From the NCBI GenBank assembly GCA_964016885.1, contig OZ024740.1, positions 171,864,001 through 171,928,000 of the forward strand: a stretch of DNA of 64,000 nt, written 5' to 3'. Made by a program: the position numbers and the translations under genes. Below are positions 1 to 13,384 of the stretch, piece by piece; position 1 is the first letter of the stretch, and every line of letters begins with the position of its first letter. Source of the stretch: Eledone cirrhosa (lineage: Eukaryota). The notes beneath the pieces were generated by a model. That model was not told the DNA's origin. It did not search any database and was given only the letters and a program-made list of their open reading frames with translations.

Positions 1-361
1 TATATATATATACAAAGGCTCACATATATGCATGTGTATTCGCATTCGTGTGTGCATGTATGGCTGTGTATGTGTGTGTATGTGTGTATATGAGATAGGG
101 GAGGGACAGAGAGAGAGAGACAGAGAGAGAGAGAGACAGAGAGAGACAGACAGAGAGAGAGAGACAGAGAGAGACAGAGAGAGAGAGACACAGAGAGAGA
201 GAGACAGAGAGAGAGAGAGAGACAGAGAGAGAGAGACGAGGGAAAGAACTAGAAAGAGAGAGTGGTGAGAGAAAATGGGAGAATCAATGAAGAGGGGAGG
301 AAGAGAATACGTACCAAAGTAGTTATAGATACTAGATAAATTGTGTGAATGCATGCGCACT

Positions 362-427
<66 letters not shown>

Positions 428-470
428 CGCAATGCATCAAGCAGACTTAAATACTCTCTTATATATATTT

Positions 471-1154
471 ATAATTGTTTCTACCTTTGGCACAAGGCCA
501 GCAATTATCCCAGTGTATTTCTGGTACTTTATTTTATCGACCCCGTAAGGATGAAAAGCAAAGTTAACCACGGCGGGATTTGGACTCAGATCATAAAGGG
601 CCGTAAATCTATGCTACAAAGCAAGGCATCCGACCCTCTACCGAAATATCGGTGACCCGTAGTAGACAATTGGTGAAGGGAAAATGTCTATCTCTTGTTT
701 GTGTTCCTTTAACATTCTAACACTCATTATCAGTGACCACACAACCTCGTCCCTCTCAATCCATATATATTAATATACATTAATATTAGTTTTGCTCTAA
801 CATAGTGGATACGTAAATGCATTCGTGAGTTTTATATCGAATAATAATTGTGTCTACTTTTGGCACAAGGCCAGCAATTATCCTAGTGTATTACTGGTGC
901 TTTATTTTATCGACCCAGTAAGGATGAAAGGCTAAGTTAACCTCGGTGGGATTTGAACTCTAATAATTGTTTCTACTTTGGGCACAAGGCCAGCAATTAC
1001 CCAGTGCATTACTGGTACTTTATTTTATCGACCTCGTAAGGATGAAAGGCAAAGTTAACCTCGGCGGGATTTGAACTCAGATCATAAAGGGCCGTAACAC
1101 TTTGCTGCAAAGCATGACGACCGACCCTCTATCGATACTGCCAATTCACCGCCC
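471..1154 (-). mobile_element. Cluster of three tRNA-derived SINE copies (471-650, 845-960, 961-1154)
   Basis: Repeated ggcacaaggccagcaatta...gtactttattttatcgacc...ggatgaaaggcaaagttaacctcggcgggatttgaactc; B-box gagttcaaatccc on -. Confidence 0.85.
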
Positions 1155-1607
1155 TAATAACATTCGATTTGTTTGCAAGCAAAGGGGCTCATTGTGCTAT
1201 TTGTTTTAGACCACAATTGTTACCCTTTTGTTCTAGTGGTGACAGAGAGAAACAATCCATTGCACATTGGGACATAACAAAACAGTCAAAGATAAGTTAA
1301 TCCCTTAGGCGAATTAAACAAATATAGAATAGAATGCATCGCAAAAAAGGCAGAGAACAGTGCGCAAGAGCTTGGCCAAGGAGAAAACATATATAGAAAG
1401 AAGAGAAATAGTAAAACAGAAGAGAAGAGTGTAGTCCAACATGCAGAAAGAGAAGGACACCGAGGTGTAGAAAAGGTAGGAAGAGAGAATAGAGGAAAAC
1501 AGACCGGATGGTGTGATGTCTATTATATAATAGTTTCATATATGTATACATATATATATATATATTATGTAACCTTCTCTCCTTATTTTAATTTATATTC
1601 CTTTGAA

Positions 1608-1726
1608 GTTCCGATGAGCCGCTCTGTTTTTAAATATGTTAATTATTTTCAACTGAACCAGATCAATAATGATATATAGTCATTTGATCCAGAAATATTA
1701 TATGGAATAGCGAAACAATTGTAAAC
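1608..1726 (+). ncRNA. Degenerate hammerhead with long stem II
   Basis: gtt-CCGATGA-gc...gc-GAAA-caattg-TA-aac; same ACAATTGT stem III as 4825. Confidence 0.45.
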
Positions 1727-1912
1727 GGTGGATTGGCAGTATCGGTAGCGGGTCGGACGCCATGCTTTGAAGCATAGAGTTACGTCCCTTTACGATCTGA
1801 GTTCAAATCCCGCCGAAGTTAACTTTGCCTTTCATCCTTACGGGTCTATGAAATAAAGTACCAGTAATGCAGTGGGTAATTGCTGGCCTTGTGCCTAAAG
1901 TAGAAACAATTA
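1726..1912 (+). mobile_element. tRNA-derived SINE (same family)
   Basis: ggtggattggcagtatcggtag (A-box-like), gagttcaaatccc (B-box), conserved body, (att)n tail. Confidence 0.85.
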
Positions 1913-2379
1913 ATATTAATATTATTATTATTATTCTCTACATTCCTTACATCAAACTAAAATATGTTGACAATCTTTTAATAATGTCTTCCTTGTGAAA
2001 TTTGTGGTCTTGTTTTGCTTACCTAATGAATATATATGAACGTATATTTGCTTACCTAATGAATATATATGAACGTATATTTTGGACTATGAAATCTAGT
2101 CTAACAAATTGGCCATAAAAGCCTCTGAATGGAAAAAAGCTGACAGCATCCCATGGGCAACGCTGTCAACGCTTTTCTGTCCAGGGGCTCTATGCCCTAT
2201 TTACTACACTATTTTCATAGTAAGAAAATATGTTGAAGCTTATAAATTTTCAATAATTTCTAAAAATAAATCGTATATTTATATAATTAGCAATAGCACC
2301 AAGACAGCGTTTAAAGATAATAAGGGTGTTTATGAAAACAGATATATACATATACTACATGTTTATATATGTTTTCATA

Positions 2380-2438
<59 letters not shown>

Positions 2439-3134
2439 TCAGGTTTGAGGTTCACCACTGGATAGAGCTGGTCAATTCCGTATGGTCAATCTTAATGTAA
2501 TAATATGGAGAGTACTCAACGTAAAGCAGTTCAACTGTTTTCGGTTTTGTAGTTGGTGGTGCTAGTACGGAGTTAAATATTATAATAAACTGTTTAACTT
2601 TCAATTTTCTAATTTCTTTAATTTTATAATGTTAATATTAAATATTAATTTTTTAACTTCATCCTATAAATCTAAACAAAAATGTAACGTTCCAATCTTC
2701 TGCTCACACATTATAACATGCAGACCCCCACTATATTTACCTCTGTTAAGATGCGGATCCCTTAAAATAAATTTTTTTCGCGCCATTCCTGGCCTGACTG
2801 TAGTCTGACATTAGTACCGACCTTTCTTCCTCTTTCTGTCTGTCTTTCTTCTTGTAGCTCGACATTAACCCTGACTTTTCATCTTCTTCCTGTTCTTCCT
2901 TCTCTCCCCCCTTCTTTCTGTCTCTTTTCTCTTGTGGCATGATATTAACGCTGAGTTATCTTCCTCTCCCTTTCTGTTTTCCTCTATTTCACCGGTAGTA
3001 GCACACTATAAGCTTTAGCCCCCTCACTTGAGGGCGACCGGCAAAGCTGGAAGATGGTGGATAGCGGGCGTCCTCCGGTCTTTGATTGTCAGCCCCATGG
3101 ATTTTATCTATTACATTCATTTATTATATTTCGA

Positions 3135-3192
3135 ATACCTGATGATATCACCGGATTCATACGGAACCCGGTCATTGAAATGATCATAGTAT
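3135..3192 (+). ncRNA. Type I hammerhead ribozyme
   Basis: atac-CTGATGA-tatcaccgg...ccggtcatt-GAAA-tgatca-TA-gtat; stem III palindrome ATGATCAT. Confidence 0.75.
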
Positions 3193-3244
3193 AATAAACC
3201 TTTCAAGGATTTACACAAGTCCAGCCTCCTGTCATTTCATTATA

Positions 3245-3333
<89 letters not shown>

Positions 3334-3403
3334 TATATATATATATAAGTTGTACTTAGGAAGAGTCATGTTGCCAAATAAAACACGCCTACACCCCTCT
3401 CTT

Positions 3404-3438
<35 letters not shown>

Positions 3439-3660
3439 TAAAATAACAGATTAAAGTTTAAGCAAAGAATCGCTGCTTTCACCCTTAACGGGAACGGGAT
3501 CCTCTGAAACTTGGATTTTAGTCTTCAAATTTATTATTATTACTATATATATATATATATATATATATATGCTAGAAACAGCAGCTAACTCTCCCCCATA
3601 TCACCCTTAAAATTCGATAAAACTACATACATGCTTACAAACTTCCTTTAGGAACGCCGA

Positions 3661-3761
<101 letters not shown>

Positions 3762-3961
3762 TTTGTTTTTGAGTGGGGAATGGTCAAACATTTATTTACT
3801 TCAATGACAAAGAGAACTTATTACATTTCATACGAAACAACAATTATTCAAAAGCAACAGATAAATTTATTCAACAACAAAAAAAAAGCGATAAATATTT
3901 TTTAAAACCTCTCAACAAACGTGGAAGAAAGAAGTATCAGTTTATTTATACAAAATATTAT

Positions 3962-4330
3962 CATCTATGAGGTCACTAAACCTGCTAGAAACAGCAGCTA
4001 ACTCTCCCTCATATCACACTCCTCCCTACTGTCTTAAATTTAGAAAACATATCCTCTATGAGGTCACTAAACCTGCTAGAAACAGCAGCTAAATCTCCCC
4101 CATATCACACCACTCCCTACTGTCTTAAATTTAGAAAACATATCCTCTATGAGGTCACTAAGCCTGCTAGAAACAGCAGCTAACTCTCCCCCATATCACA
4201 CCACTCCCTACTGTCTTAAATTTAGAAAACACATATCCTCTATGAGGTCACTAAACCTGCTAGAAACAGCAGCTAACTCTCCCCCATATCACACCCCTCG
4301 CTACTGTCTTACATTTAGAAAACACACATT
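3962..4330. repeat. Four-copy ~91-bp tandem repeat
   Basis: atgaggtcactaa(a/g)cctgctagaaacagcagc at 3967, 4058, 4149 and 4242; partial copy at 3570. Confidence 0.9.
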
Positions 4331-4824
4331 AGACAACCATGCAGAGCAACTCCATCGCAGCTCTGTTGTTCGGCTGGCATCGTCTACGCGCGTGTTGCGC
4401 AAGTACTGTGAAACAATACATTTCAACACTTCTTTGCACAGAGATAATATCCATAGGCGAAACTACAATTGTCACTACTGGGCAGCTCCTGCTTCGGCAG
4501 TCCAGGTCTACAATTCATTCACCCAGTGCCTGGCAGACAAAAAAGTGCTGCCATAAAATGGGTGGTGCAACCTAACTTTGTTAACTGACTGACTCCGAGC
4601 AACGCCTGGCTTTAATGCTAGTATAGTGTAAAGAAAACGAAAAATCAGTGATGCCTTTGGACTTAATTTATTGCGTGTTACAATTGTTTCGCCGGCAGGT
4701 AGCTCGAGACATGGTCCTTGTATGGATCTGGCTGATTCTACTTCTGCAGGTTCTTTCAGACACGGGTATTTCGTTTGGAGCAAATTTTACCACTGTGAAA
4801 TAAATTTGCTCTAAACGAAATACC

Positions 4825-4915
4825 CGTGTCTGAAAGAACCTGCAGAAGTAGAATCAGCCAGATCCATACAAGGATCATGTCTCGAGCTACCTGCCGGCGA
4901 AACAATTGTAACACG
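4825..4915 (+). ncRNA. Hammerhead-like motif with long stem II (mirror copy at 4674-4764 on -)
   Basis: cgtgt-CTGAAAGA-acctgcag...ctgccggc-GAAA-caattg-TA-acacg; stem III palindrome ACAATTGT; core has one extra A. Confidence 0.65.
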
Positions 4916-5167
4916 CAATAAATTAAGTCCAGATGCATCACTGATTTTTCGTTTTCTTTATACTATCTACACTCTACTCTGCTGAATATCGAGTGCTAAT
5001 TTTGGCATACCGCCTATGGAAGCACCATAGCTACCATTATACACAACTATATATATATATATATATCACCTTGATCACTTTGACCGACCTGTCTGTCGGG
5101 CGCCATTCGGCGCCGCTGGTGACAGCACGTGCTCTTTTAGCCATACGATGACGCCATCTCCATTATA

Positions 5168-5352
5168 TGGATTGGCAGTATCGGTAGAGAGTCGGACACC
5201 ATGCTTTGAAGCATAGAGTTACGTCCCTTTATGATCTGAGTTCAAATCCCGCCGAGGTTAACTTTGCCTTTCATCCTTACGGGGTCGAGAAAATAAAGTA
5301 CCAGTAATGTACTGGGTAATTGCTGGCCTTGTGCCAAAAATAGAAACAATTA
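5168..5352 (+). mobile_element. tRNA-derived SINE (same family)
   Basis: Colinear with 1726-1912. Confidence 0.85.
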
Positions 5353-5994
5353 TATATATATAATAAGGAGTTCACCCACCAAGCATATTTATCAATGCTA
5401 GGACCAGTTGTATCTCAGCGTACTCAATAGGCAATGTAAGATACATTCCCAGAGTACACACATAGTTATTCGCTTCAATACAACACACGTAAACGGGTGC
5501 CTATATATATAGTCTAAAAGTAGTCCAGACACAGATACAATAGCAATAGTTTTATTAGTTTCACTCTTGAAAGAGAAGGAAGGCAAGGTTCAACGTAGAG
5601 GAAACACAAAGATGAGGTTCTCAGATTAGCAGAGAATAAAAAGCTGGGCATATGATTGTTGTATTTAATTCTTCTTTGTGTGGATGTGGGTATATGTTGT
5701 TGCAGTGCTGCACACATTGTTCATGGTGGTGTTTCTGTATGTCTGTGTATTAATATAGTGTACGTGCGTGGCTTCTACATGTTTGTATCAAATATAAAGA
5801 GAAATATGTGAAACAACACAATCTAAATCCAAAAGGTAAAATAACAGGAGGGAAAATATACATATAACGACCGTTACATCGTCATAACAAAGTAACAATA
5901 TCTGGCGCTAAGTGAGAATGCGTGTGTACATGTGCATATGTGTGTGTATATGAGGATATGTGTGTTTCTATGTGTGTGTTTATTAGTAAGTATA

Positions 5995-6530
5995 TTAAAG
6001 TTTTTCTTGTCTGTGTGAGTATTTCCGTGTGGTGCAGTGATCGTACATGTGTGTCAGTATGCATATAGATGGGATGTGGATGTGAAGTGCGGTGGGTGGG
6101 GGGCAGGTTAGAGGAAGATGGTCGGGGAAAATAGGCCATAGGGAGTAGAGGCTGCTATTTTCTCTAGCGACGCGCGACGTCGGGTCCAGTGCAGGATACG
6201 AGACCGAAAACAGTTTATTACTGGAGCGGAAATATCGCATGACCGGAGACGGGTTGCCGACCAGAAAGTCTTGAAGATGTTCAGTGAATCTGTCGGCCAG
6301 TCGATGGCCAGTTAGGCCAATGTTGACGACCTCGCATAGAGTGCAATGGAGCCCATATACGAGGTCCGTGTAGCTGAAGTGGTCTCTAACATGAAAGAAG
6401 CAAATGTTGATTCCGATGAGGAGTGTGTGGCTGATGAATCTGCATATGTGGCAGTGGAATCGGGAGCAAGGGTGGGATCCAGGAAAGAAATTGGGCGGAA
6501 AGGAAAATGAAAGAGGTGGAGGGATGTGAC
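5995..6530 (-). pseudogene. PLE GIY-YIG endonuclease remnant
   Basis: CHIC...DLVYGLHCTLCEVVNIGLTGHRLADRFTEH matches the VY..C..C...YIG.T...L..RF.EH pattern. Confidence 0.75.
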
Positions 6531-7176
6531 CGTAGGTGGAAAAGACGGAGGATTGTTTTCTGGAGGGTTGGTATGTGGGGGGGAATGTGTGTCTGTATGT
6601 GTATGCATGTGTGTGTCTGTGAATGCATGTCTGTGTGTGTGTCACTCTTCGACGCTACTGGTAACATGTAATCCAATACAACCTGTGCATGGTTGGGTCG
6701 TCGGCGACTAAACTGGCAACCCCACCATGCTTGTTTGGTGGGAAGGAAGATTTTGGACACCCTGCAGGATGAAAAACAAAACCCGTGAAAGGGTGGAGGA
6801 ACTCAGGAGAGTCAACTGTCATCCAATAAAGTTTTTTTCTTTTTGTGGAGCGAGAGACTCCTTGTCTTCATTAAGGCATCTGTCTATGTGAAGAATCCAC
6901 GACTTCTATGAAATAGAACCCACGACTTCGCTTGTAACCAATGATGTAGACCAGTTCTTCTTTCTGAGGAAACGCATTTAGTGTTAAGACAGTGGGATTG
7001 GCCATTCCTCACTTAAACAAGCTTCAAGCACAGGCATCCCTTGATATGTGACATTTTTTGCGATACGTGGTATAGCAGGATTAAAAAGCCTCACCCGTGA
7101 TACTCATGCTTAATTATCAAGCGATGGCATAACTCAAGATCGAGTTGCAGCCATCATGCATATATATATATATATA

Positions 7177-7850
7177 CTAGCTGAGGTACCCGGTAATACC
7201 CGGGAGCGGGGGTATTCCCAGTTCCCATTAAAATGACCAATGCCTCTCAGACCAAAAATGAAATCAAAATATAGGACAGATAATGAAAATTCATTTACGA
7301 AACAATAATTGTTTCTACTTTAGGCACAAGGCCAGCAATTATCCAGTGCATTACTGGTACTTTATTTTATCGACCCCGTAAGGATGAAAGGCAAAGGGAA
7401 ACAATAATACAAACAAATATTGTTGATTGCATTGGTCAGGCGAAAAAATGTTTGTCAGAGAAGTTGAGTGTTGCTATAAGGGAAAAATAGAACCCCCATT
7501 AGGGTGTCTTAAAATTTGTGAATAGGCATCATATCTTTTCTTTTACCTATGGTTTAAATTTCATATAAATTGAAGGGAAAACATTTTCACCGGGGGTTTT
7601 GTGCCTCCGGGGAACCCTTTGATTAAAATGAAATATACTTATCCATTTAACCCCATTAGGGTGTCTTAATATTATTGAAATTTGTTGAAATGTTGTGAAT
7701 AGGCATCATATCTTGTCATTTACCTCTGGTTTAGATTTCATATAAATCGAATGGAAAACATTTTCAGCGGGGGTTTGAGGTCCCACACACGTGTCAAGTT
7801 TCATCAAGATCGGTTGGTAGTTTTTTAGTTTTAGGTTCACAAACACACAT
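7177..7850 (-). mobile_element. Non-autonomous Helitron-like element
   Basis: On - it ends in hairpin cccgg gtatta ccggg followed by CTAG then T. Internal tandem duplication. Distal aagtttcatcaagatcggtt...cacacat motif. Confidence 0.6.
7299..7408 (-). mobile_element. 5'-truncated SINE inserted in the Helitron-like element, with 11-bp TSD
   Basis: gaaacaataat at 7299-7309 and 7398-7408 flanks the SINE 3' half. Confidence 0.8.
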
Positions 7851-7863
7851 AATATATATATAT

Positions 7864-8403
7864 ACGACCGTCAATTTCCGACGAGACAGTCGCAAAGGTT
7901 GAGGAAAACATTCGTAAAGATCGACGGATCACTCTGGATGCTCTATGTATTTTGGTTCCTGAGGTTTTCCCGAAGCACCATCCACAGGATTTTAACAGAA
8001 AAATTGCTACTGTCTCATCGTAAATTGACGGTCTCCCGCTCCTTTGTTCGTCGTGAATTTCAGTACGACCGGCTGTAAACTCTTTACATCACTTGCGAAC
8101 GTTTTTGACATCCATGCACGACTGTCCATACACTTCCGTCAATTGGCGATGAATTTCAATCGGTTCAACGCCTCTTGCGTTCTAACACCTAATAACTGCA
8201 CAAACTTCGCACTTGGTGGTAACGTTCAACTGGAGCGCCCTTCTCAACGGCTGCCAAGCCAAGATTGAGCATCCAAGGGAAGCGCGCGCATGCTTGTTTG
8301 GGCGTGAAGGAAGCACCAATCACAACAGTGTTGCCAACAGCCGTACGAACAGTTTCTCTGCGTCACCATCGGTTTGGAGACCTTACTTTTGGGATTGCCC
8401 TCG
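7864..8403 (-). mobile_element. Mariner 5' fragment with an inverted internal piece
   Basis: TIR-like ttacttttgggattgccctcg-TA at 8383-8405. Minus-strand IEIHRQLTEVYGQSCMD...RSGRPS. Plus-strand continuation RPSISDETVAKVEENIRKDRRITL at 7865-8008. Confidence 0.75.
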
Positions 8404-8417
8404 TATATATATATATG

Positions 8418-8473
<56 letters not shown>

Positions 8474-8660
8474 AACCAGTAAGACCCCGACAGCTGAGCT
8501 CAAGCCGTTTCGACGGCTAATTCTGGACAGAATTAGCCGTCGAAACGGCTTGAGCTCAGCTGTCGGGGTCTTACTGGTTCCTATTACCCACTCTAATACC
8601 TCAAGTATTGAGTACTTTGGTGCGTTATGGTCCACCTGGTTCCTTACCACATTTCCTTCG

Positions 8661-8702
<42 letters not shown>

Positions 8703-8704
8703 CG

Positions 8705-9780
8705 TTGACAAATATATCAACATGCCATACATGTAGATATATCGCTGTGGTATAGTTGTTTACGGTGCGGTACATTGGTTGAACGCCAACTTGGACATAC
8801 AGTGAATTTCACCTGGCACGTTGAATTGAGCGACCGAACGTGAGGATTTTGGGGAATGCCAGTTTCTGCGGACCTAGCGTGTTTTCAATTTTCTCACATC
8901 TGTGCCGGCTCTATATGTACCATACATTTCTTTAACTCGTCGTACTTTCTTTTATTTTTTATTTTGGATTTTGGGTGTATATCCCAGACCGCCTATGGTG
9001 ATAAATCCCCTGGGTATAGGTTTTGGAAAAATAGTGTTATCTCACTTAACGTTCGGAACTGGAACATATCGATGTGGTTCGTAGGGCGCGGATATGATAA
9101 GGAGAATCGACCTGTTACAAGGCGATATAATTGGAGTACACCATCCCTCATATGGACTATCATAAATGTAAGGCTGCACCACTGCTAACCAACTATTATT
9201 TTCACAGACTCATGCTTGCAAACTCTATTGATCTGTATGTACACCCTCTTTTTGCACTGCTTGTGCTTTGATGCATCTATGCTTTGTTTTGTCTTATATT
9301 TCTTTGGGGTCCCCGGGCTTTTTGTTCCTTTATTGTTTTGTATTTTTATATTTATCTCTTTTATTATCCCTGTATTTTTGCACTTTTTTTATTATTGTTT
9401 TTTATTATTTTCTTATTGTTTCTGATCATGCTGAGTAATACCCTCACTCATCCCTTGCTATCCTCTCCCAACCTCTTTATCATCTATTGCACCATTTAAG
9501 TGATACATTTTTGGTGTAATTTTTAATTTTTTAATTTTTTAATTTTTAAGACATTTTATGACATTATGTGCATCATGTATTCTGCCTTTTTTCATATAGC
9601 GCTGGCCTCGGTACAAACCTGCTAGTCCTTTAACCTTGTTCTGGTGACGCAGCTCGATGTAGCATGCAACTACTGATATACTCATGTTTATAGGCTCTGA
9701 TGATTCCTGCCATGGTGTATGGATGAAATACTGTTAACTAATAAAACAATGTATTTCTAAGTATTCTTTGGTTATTCCTA
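8705..9780 (+). mobile_element. Highly decayed PLE 3' end (possible GIY-YIG remnant, T-rich tail, hammerhead-like motif at 9697-9737)
   Basis: Broken frames with CHTC and YIG-like codons, followed by CTGATGA-ttcc...ggat-GAAA. Confidence 0.4.
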
Positions 9781-9924
9781 TAACTATATATAACCAGGTG
9801 GACCCTAACGCCCCAGAGTACTCGATACTATGAATAGTAGAGTGGGTAATAGGAAAAGAGTCAGGACCCCTGAAATAGCTGTCGAAACGGCCGAAGCTCA
9901 GCCGTCAGGGGTCCTAACTCTTTT

Positions 9925-9971
<47 letters not shown>

Positions 9972-10029
9972 TTCCTTATTTGCCACAGGGGCGTACAAAA
10001 ATGGGACATTACATGACGTGACGGCGGGG

Positions 10030-10940
10030 GTTTTACCAAAAAATAACTTTAACATTAATAAATAACAATAAACTATATATAATAAAATAACAATTGAAAT
10101 CCCCAATAGGGGGAAACATTACTGCAGGGTTGGTTTACACCCCGTGGACAGAACAACCCTCAACACCAGGAACACATTTTGTAGGTGTTCCTGTCTTCCC
10201 TCTGTTTATCTTCCTCAACCTACAGGTTTATATACAGAGAAGGCCCATTCACTCGGGCCATTTTCGCCACATTCACCCACCTTTCAGCGAATTTACTGGG
10301 GTGTAGCACCTCTCTCTCTCCACTCTCACCTTCCTTCTGAAGTGATACTTAAAGAAGGGGATAAGATTTTGTCTAGAGAGAAAGGTGTTTGCTCTCAGTC
10401 CTTTTAACCTCGTCCACCATATTACCTCTTTCGCCATAGCCACCAGACACAGGAAGACCGCATCTCCTTCGTTCTTAAGGCGGCGGGGTGACCCTCACGA
10501 TGGACTCGGTTGACAACTGGATGCGTCCCACACGTGACAGCAGCTGTTCGACATAATTCCACAGGTCAGTCACCCCTGTGCACTGAACAATTGCGTGCAG
10601 AACGGTTTCGATGTCCTGCTCGCATCTTGGACAGGTCCTTTTGTCAGGATCTCTGCCAGGGCGTCCGTGCCTGTAGATTTTGTCTCGAACTGGTAGAGCT
10701 CCTCGGTAACACTGCCAGGCCAGAGACCTCTGGAAGTTATCCATAGGCCCTCGACGGAAATTCCTCCCGAACAGACTGGTCAGTTCGTCCTCCTCGATGC
10801 CTAGAGTTTCCCCCAGAACGTCGTCGCACTTATCCTCCACTAATCCCCTATAGAATGTCGAAGTGAAGTCTCCGCTGATTGCCGTTTCCGCTTGGTAGAG
10901 GGCTGTGAGCGCCTGTAGGCACTCGAGGTGTACCCCTGTG
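10030..10940 (-). mobile_element. Non-LTR retrotransposon (L1/Tx1-like) ORF2 C-terminal zinc-binding region and 3' UTR
   Basis: ORF 10475-10840: LAWQCYRGALPVRDK...CPRCEQDIETVLHAIVQC...LWN (zf-RVT-type CCHC). Confidence 0.8.
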
Positions 10941-10964
10941 TTTTTGTTTTTTTTTTACTTTCCA

Positions 10965-11013
<49 letters not shown>

Positions 11014-11911
11014 TGCAATGCTATCGCTTGATACATATATATGGGTGTGTTTCCACTGATATGTGTGCAGTACATACATATAATTTCATATGGATGCACT
11101 TATAATCCATAAGATGAGAATATGATAATTTGAAACCTATTTTACATATACGTGTTCATGCTCCTGTTTGTCCTTGTTTAAGTATAATAAATCTATTGTA
11201 TTATTTTTAGAGTTATCGACTGCTTTCTAGAGCACTACTTCCGACGCTTTCACTAAACATACATAACATAAAGGCTTGGTTTGTCTACGTAAGCTTTTAG
11301 TTGTATAAGGTCAATGACTTCTGTTGAGTAAATCATCTAACTATAACTCATCCTAAAAGACTAGTAAAGTTTTTGTAATTCTAAGTGAGCCCATGTCATT
11401 TCAAAATGAGAAAAGCGATTGTAAAGTAAGTGCATACAATTCAAATTGAGAATATCGATTTTGGTGTGGCAAGGTCCCACTTTGAAGTGACTTGTACTCA
11501 TTTACAATTAGAAATATTGTAGTTACTATAACTATATCTGTGGAAACATTAGCTGGATTATAACTCATTTTATAACACGAACAATTTTGATGACCGAACA
11601 ATTAGATAAAACTGACTGATTGACAGAAATATCTATTAAAGTGTAAATGGTTTGTATGTCTTCACATACAATACATTGTTTCTGTGGATCAAGACTTCTT
11701 TAATACTTTACTACTGGTTGTAGTGGTAGTACTTTTGTTGCCGGTGGTGGAGTTACTTTGGCGTTGTTCGTTTGAGTTGAAGCCAGCTCAAAGAAACATT
11801 AAGCCTTTCACCAACAAACAATTATCACGTTGTTGTTGTTGTTGTTGTTGTTGCTGCTGCTGCTACAGTTGTTGTTGTGTTGTTGTTTTTGTTGTTGTTG
11901 TTGTTGTTCTT

Positions 11912-11944
<33 letters not shown>

Positions 11945-12224
11945 GTTGTTGTTGTTGCTGCTGCTGCTACTGTTGTTGTTGTTGTGTAGCTCCAGAGTAA
12001 CTTTCATCAAGCAGTACTATAAAGACAGTTATTCACGTCGGAACCAACAGATTTTGATGTTTTTAAAGACATAAAACACATTACAACTGATTACATTTTA
12101 GCACTAATATCATTTCTATCAAGTAGACTGTGGGTTTCTCTTTAGTTTCTTACATTTTCTTTCGTTTCGTTCATTTTACATTTACATTTTACTGGTTCTC
12201 GTCTTCTATCTTTTTACTATTATT

Positions 12225-12641
12225 TGGCGGTGGATTGGCAGTATCGGGAGAGGGTCAGACGCCATGCTTTGCAGCGTAGAGTCACGCCCCTTTACGGTCT
12301 GACTTCAAATCCCGCCGAGGTTAACTTTGCCTTTCATCCCTACGGGGTCGATAAAATAGAGTACCAGTCACACACTGGGGTCGATTTAATTGACTTTCCC
12401 CTCCCCTCAAATTACTGGCCTTGTGCCTATATAAGAAGCCATTATTATTTGGCGGTGGATTAGCAGTATCAGTAGAGGGTCAGACGCCATGCTTTGCAGC
12501 ATAGAGTCACGACCCTTTACGGTCTGACTTCAAATCCCGCCGAGGATAACTTTGCTTTTCATCCCTACGGAGTCGATGAAATAAAGTACCAGTAATGTGC
12601 TAGAATAATTGCTGGCCTTGTGCCAAAAGAAGAAACAATTA
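12225..12641 (+). mobile_element. Tandem pair of tRNA-derived SINEs
   Basis: ggcggtggatt...tcaaatcccgccgagg...gtaccagt...ggccttgtgcc occurs twice. Confidence 0.85.
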
Positions 12642-13296
12642 TTTAAGTATCTTTTTTTTTCATTTTATTTTTATAATCTTTATTTATTTGTTTAATTATT
12701 TATTTATTTTATTTAGTGTTATGAAATTCACAGTCAACTCAATTCTCAGGAATAAATCTCACGTTGCTGATATATTTTGACTCATTCTGCAACCGTCTCC
12801 AATTCTATATTTTGCAATACTTCTGTCAACAATTCCCTACAGCGAATTAATGAAATAAAGTAAAGTAAAACGATAACTCCAGATGGTAAACCTTGAGTCA
12901 TTACTAACATACGACTTCGGAAGACCAAACTTCCGATGCCAATATAGAGAAATTGTAAATAAATCTAGTGTTTTATTTTCAAATGATAAATTTTATTATT
13001 AGGAAATGATATATACGCAAACAATTCTAACAGAAACAATTATATTAATTTCTACTAACTAGCTACAAGAATAATGTTTTACATAGAGCAGAATTTTCTG
13101 GAACGGATCAACTTTACAATATTTCTGGCATGTGACGAATCGGCAGAGCCGTTTAGAACGTTGGATATAATGCAGTATTCTTTCCGACTCCCTGCACTCC
13201 TATTTTAAAAATCGCCTTTCATCCTTTCGTGGTCGATATAAAAAGTGTCAATCAAGTGCTGGGGTAGACTTTTCCTTTTTAACTCTTTCTCACCCC

Positions 13297-13384
<88 letters not shown>

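Noticed and set aside
1726-1820. tRNA genes
   Set aside because: The A/B boxes are SINE heads followed by a conserved SINE body; no full cloverleaf is supported.
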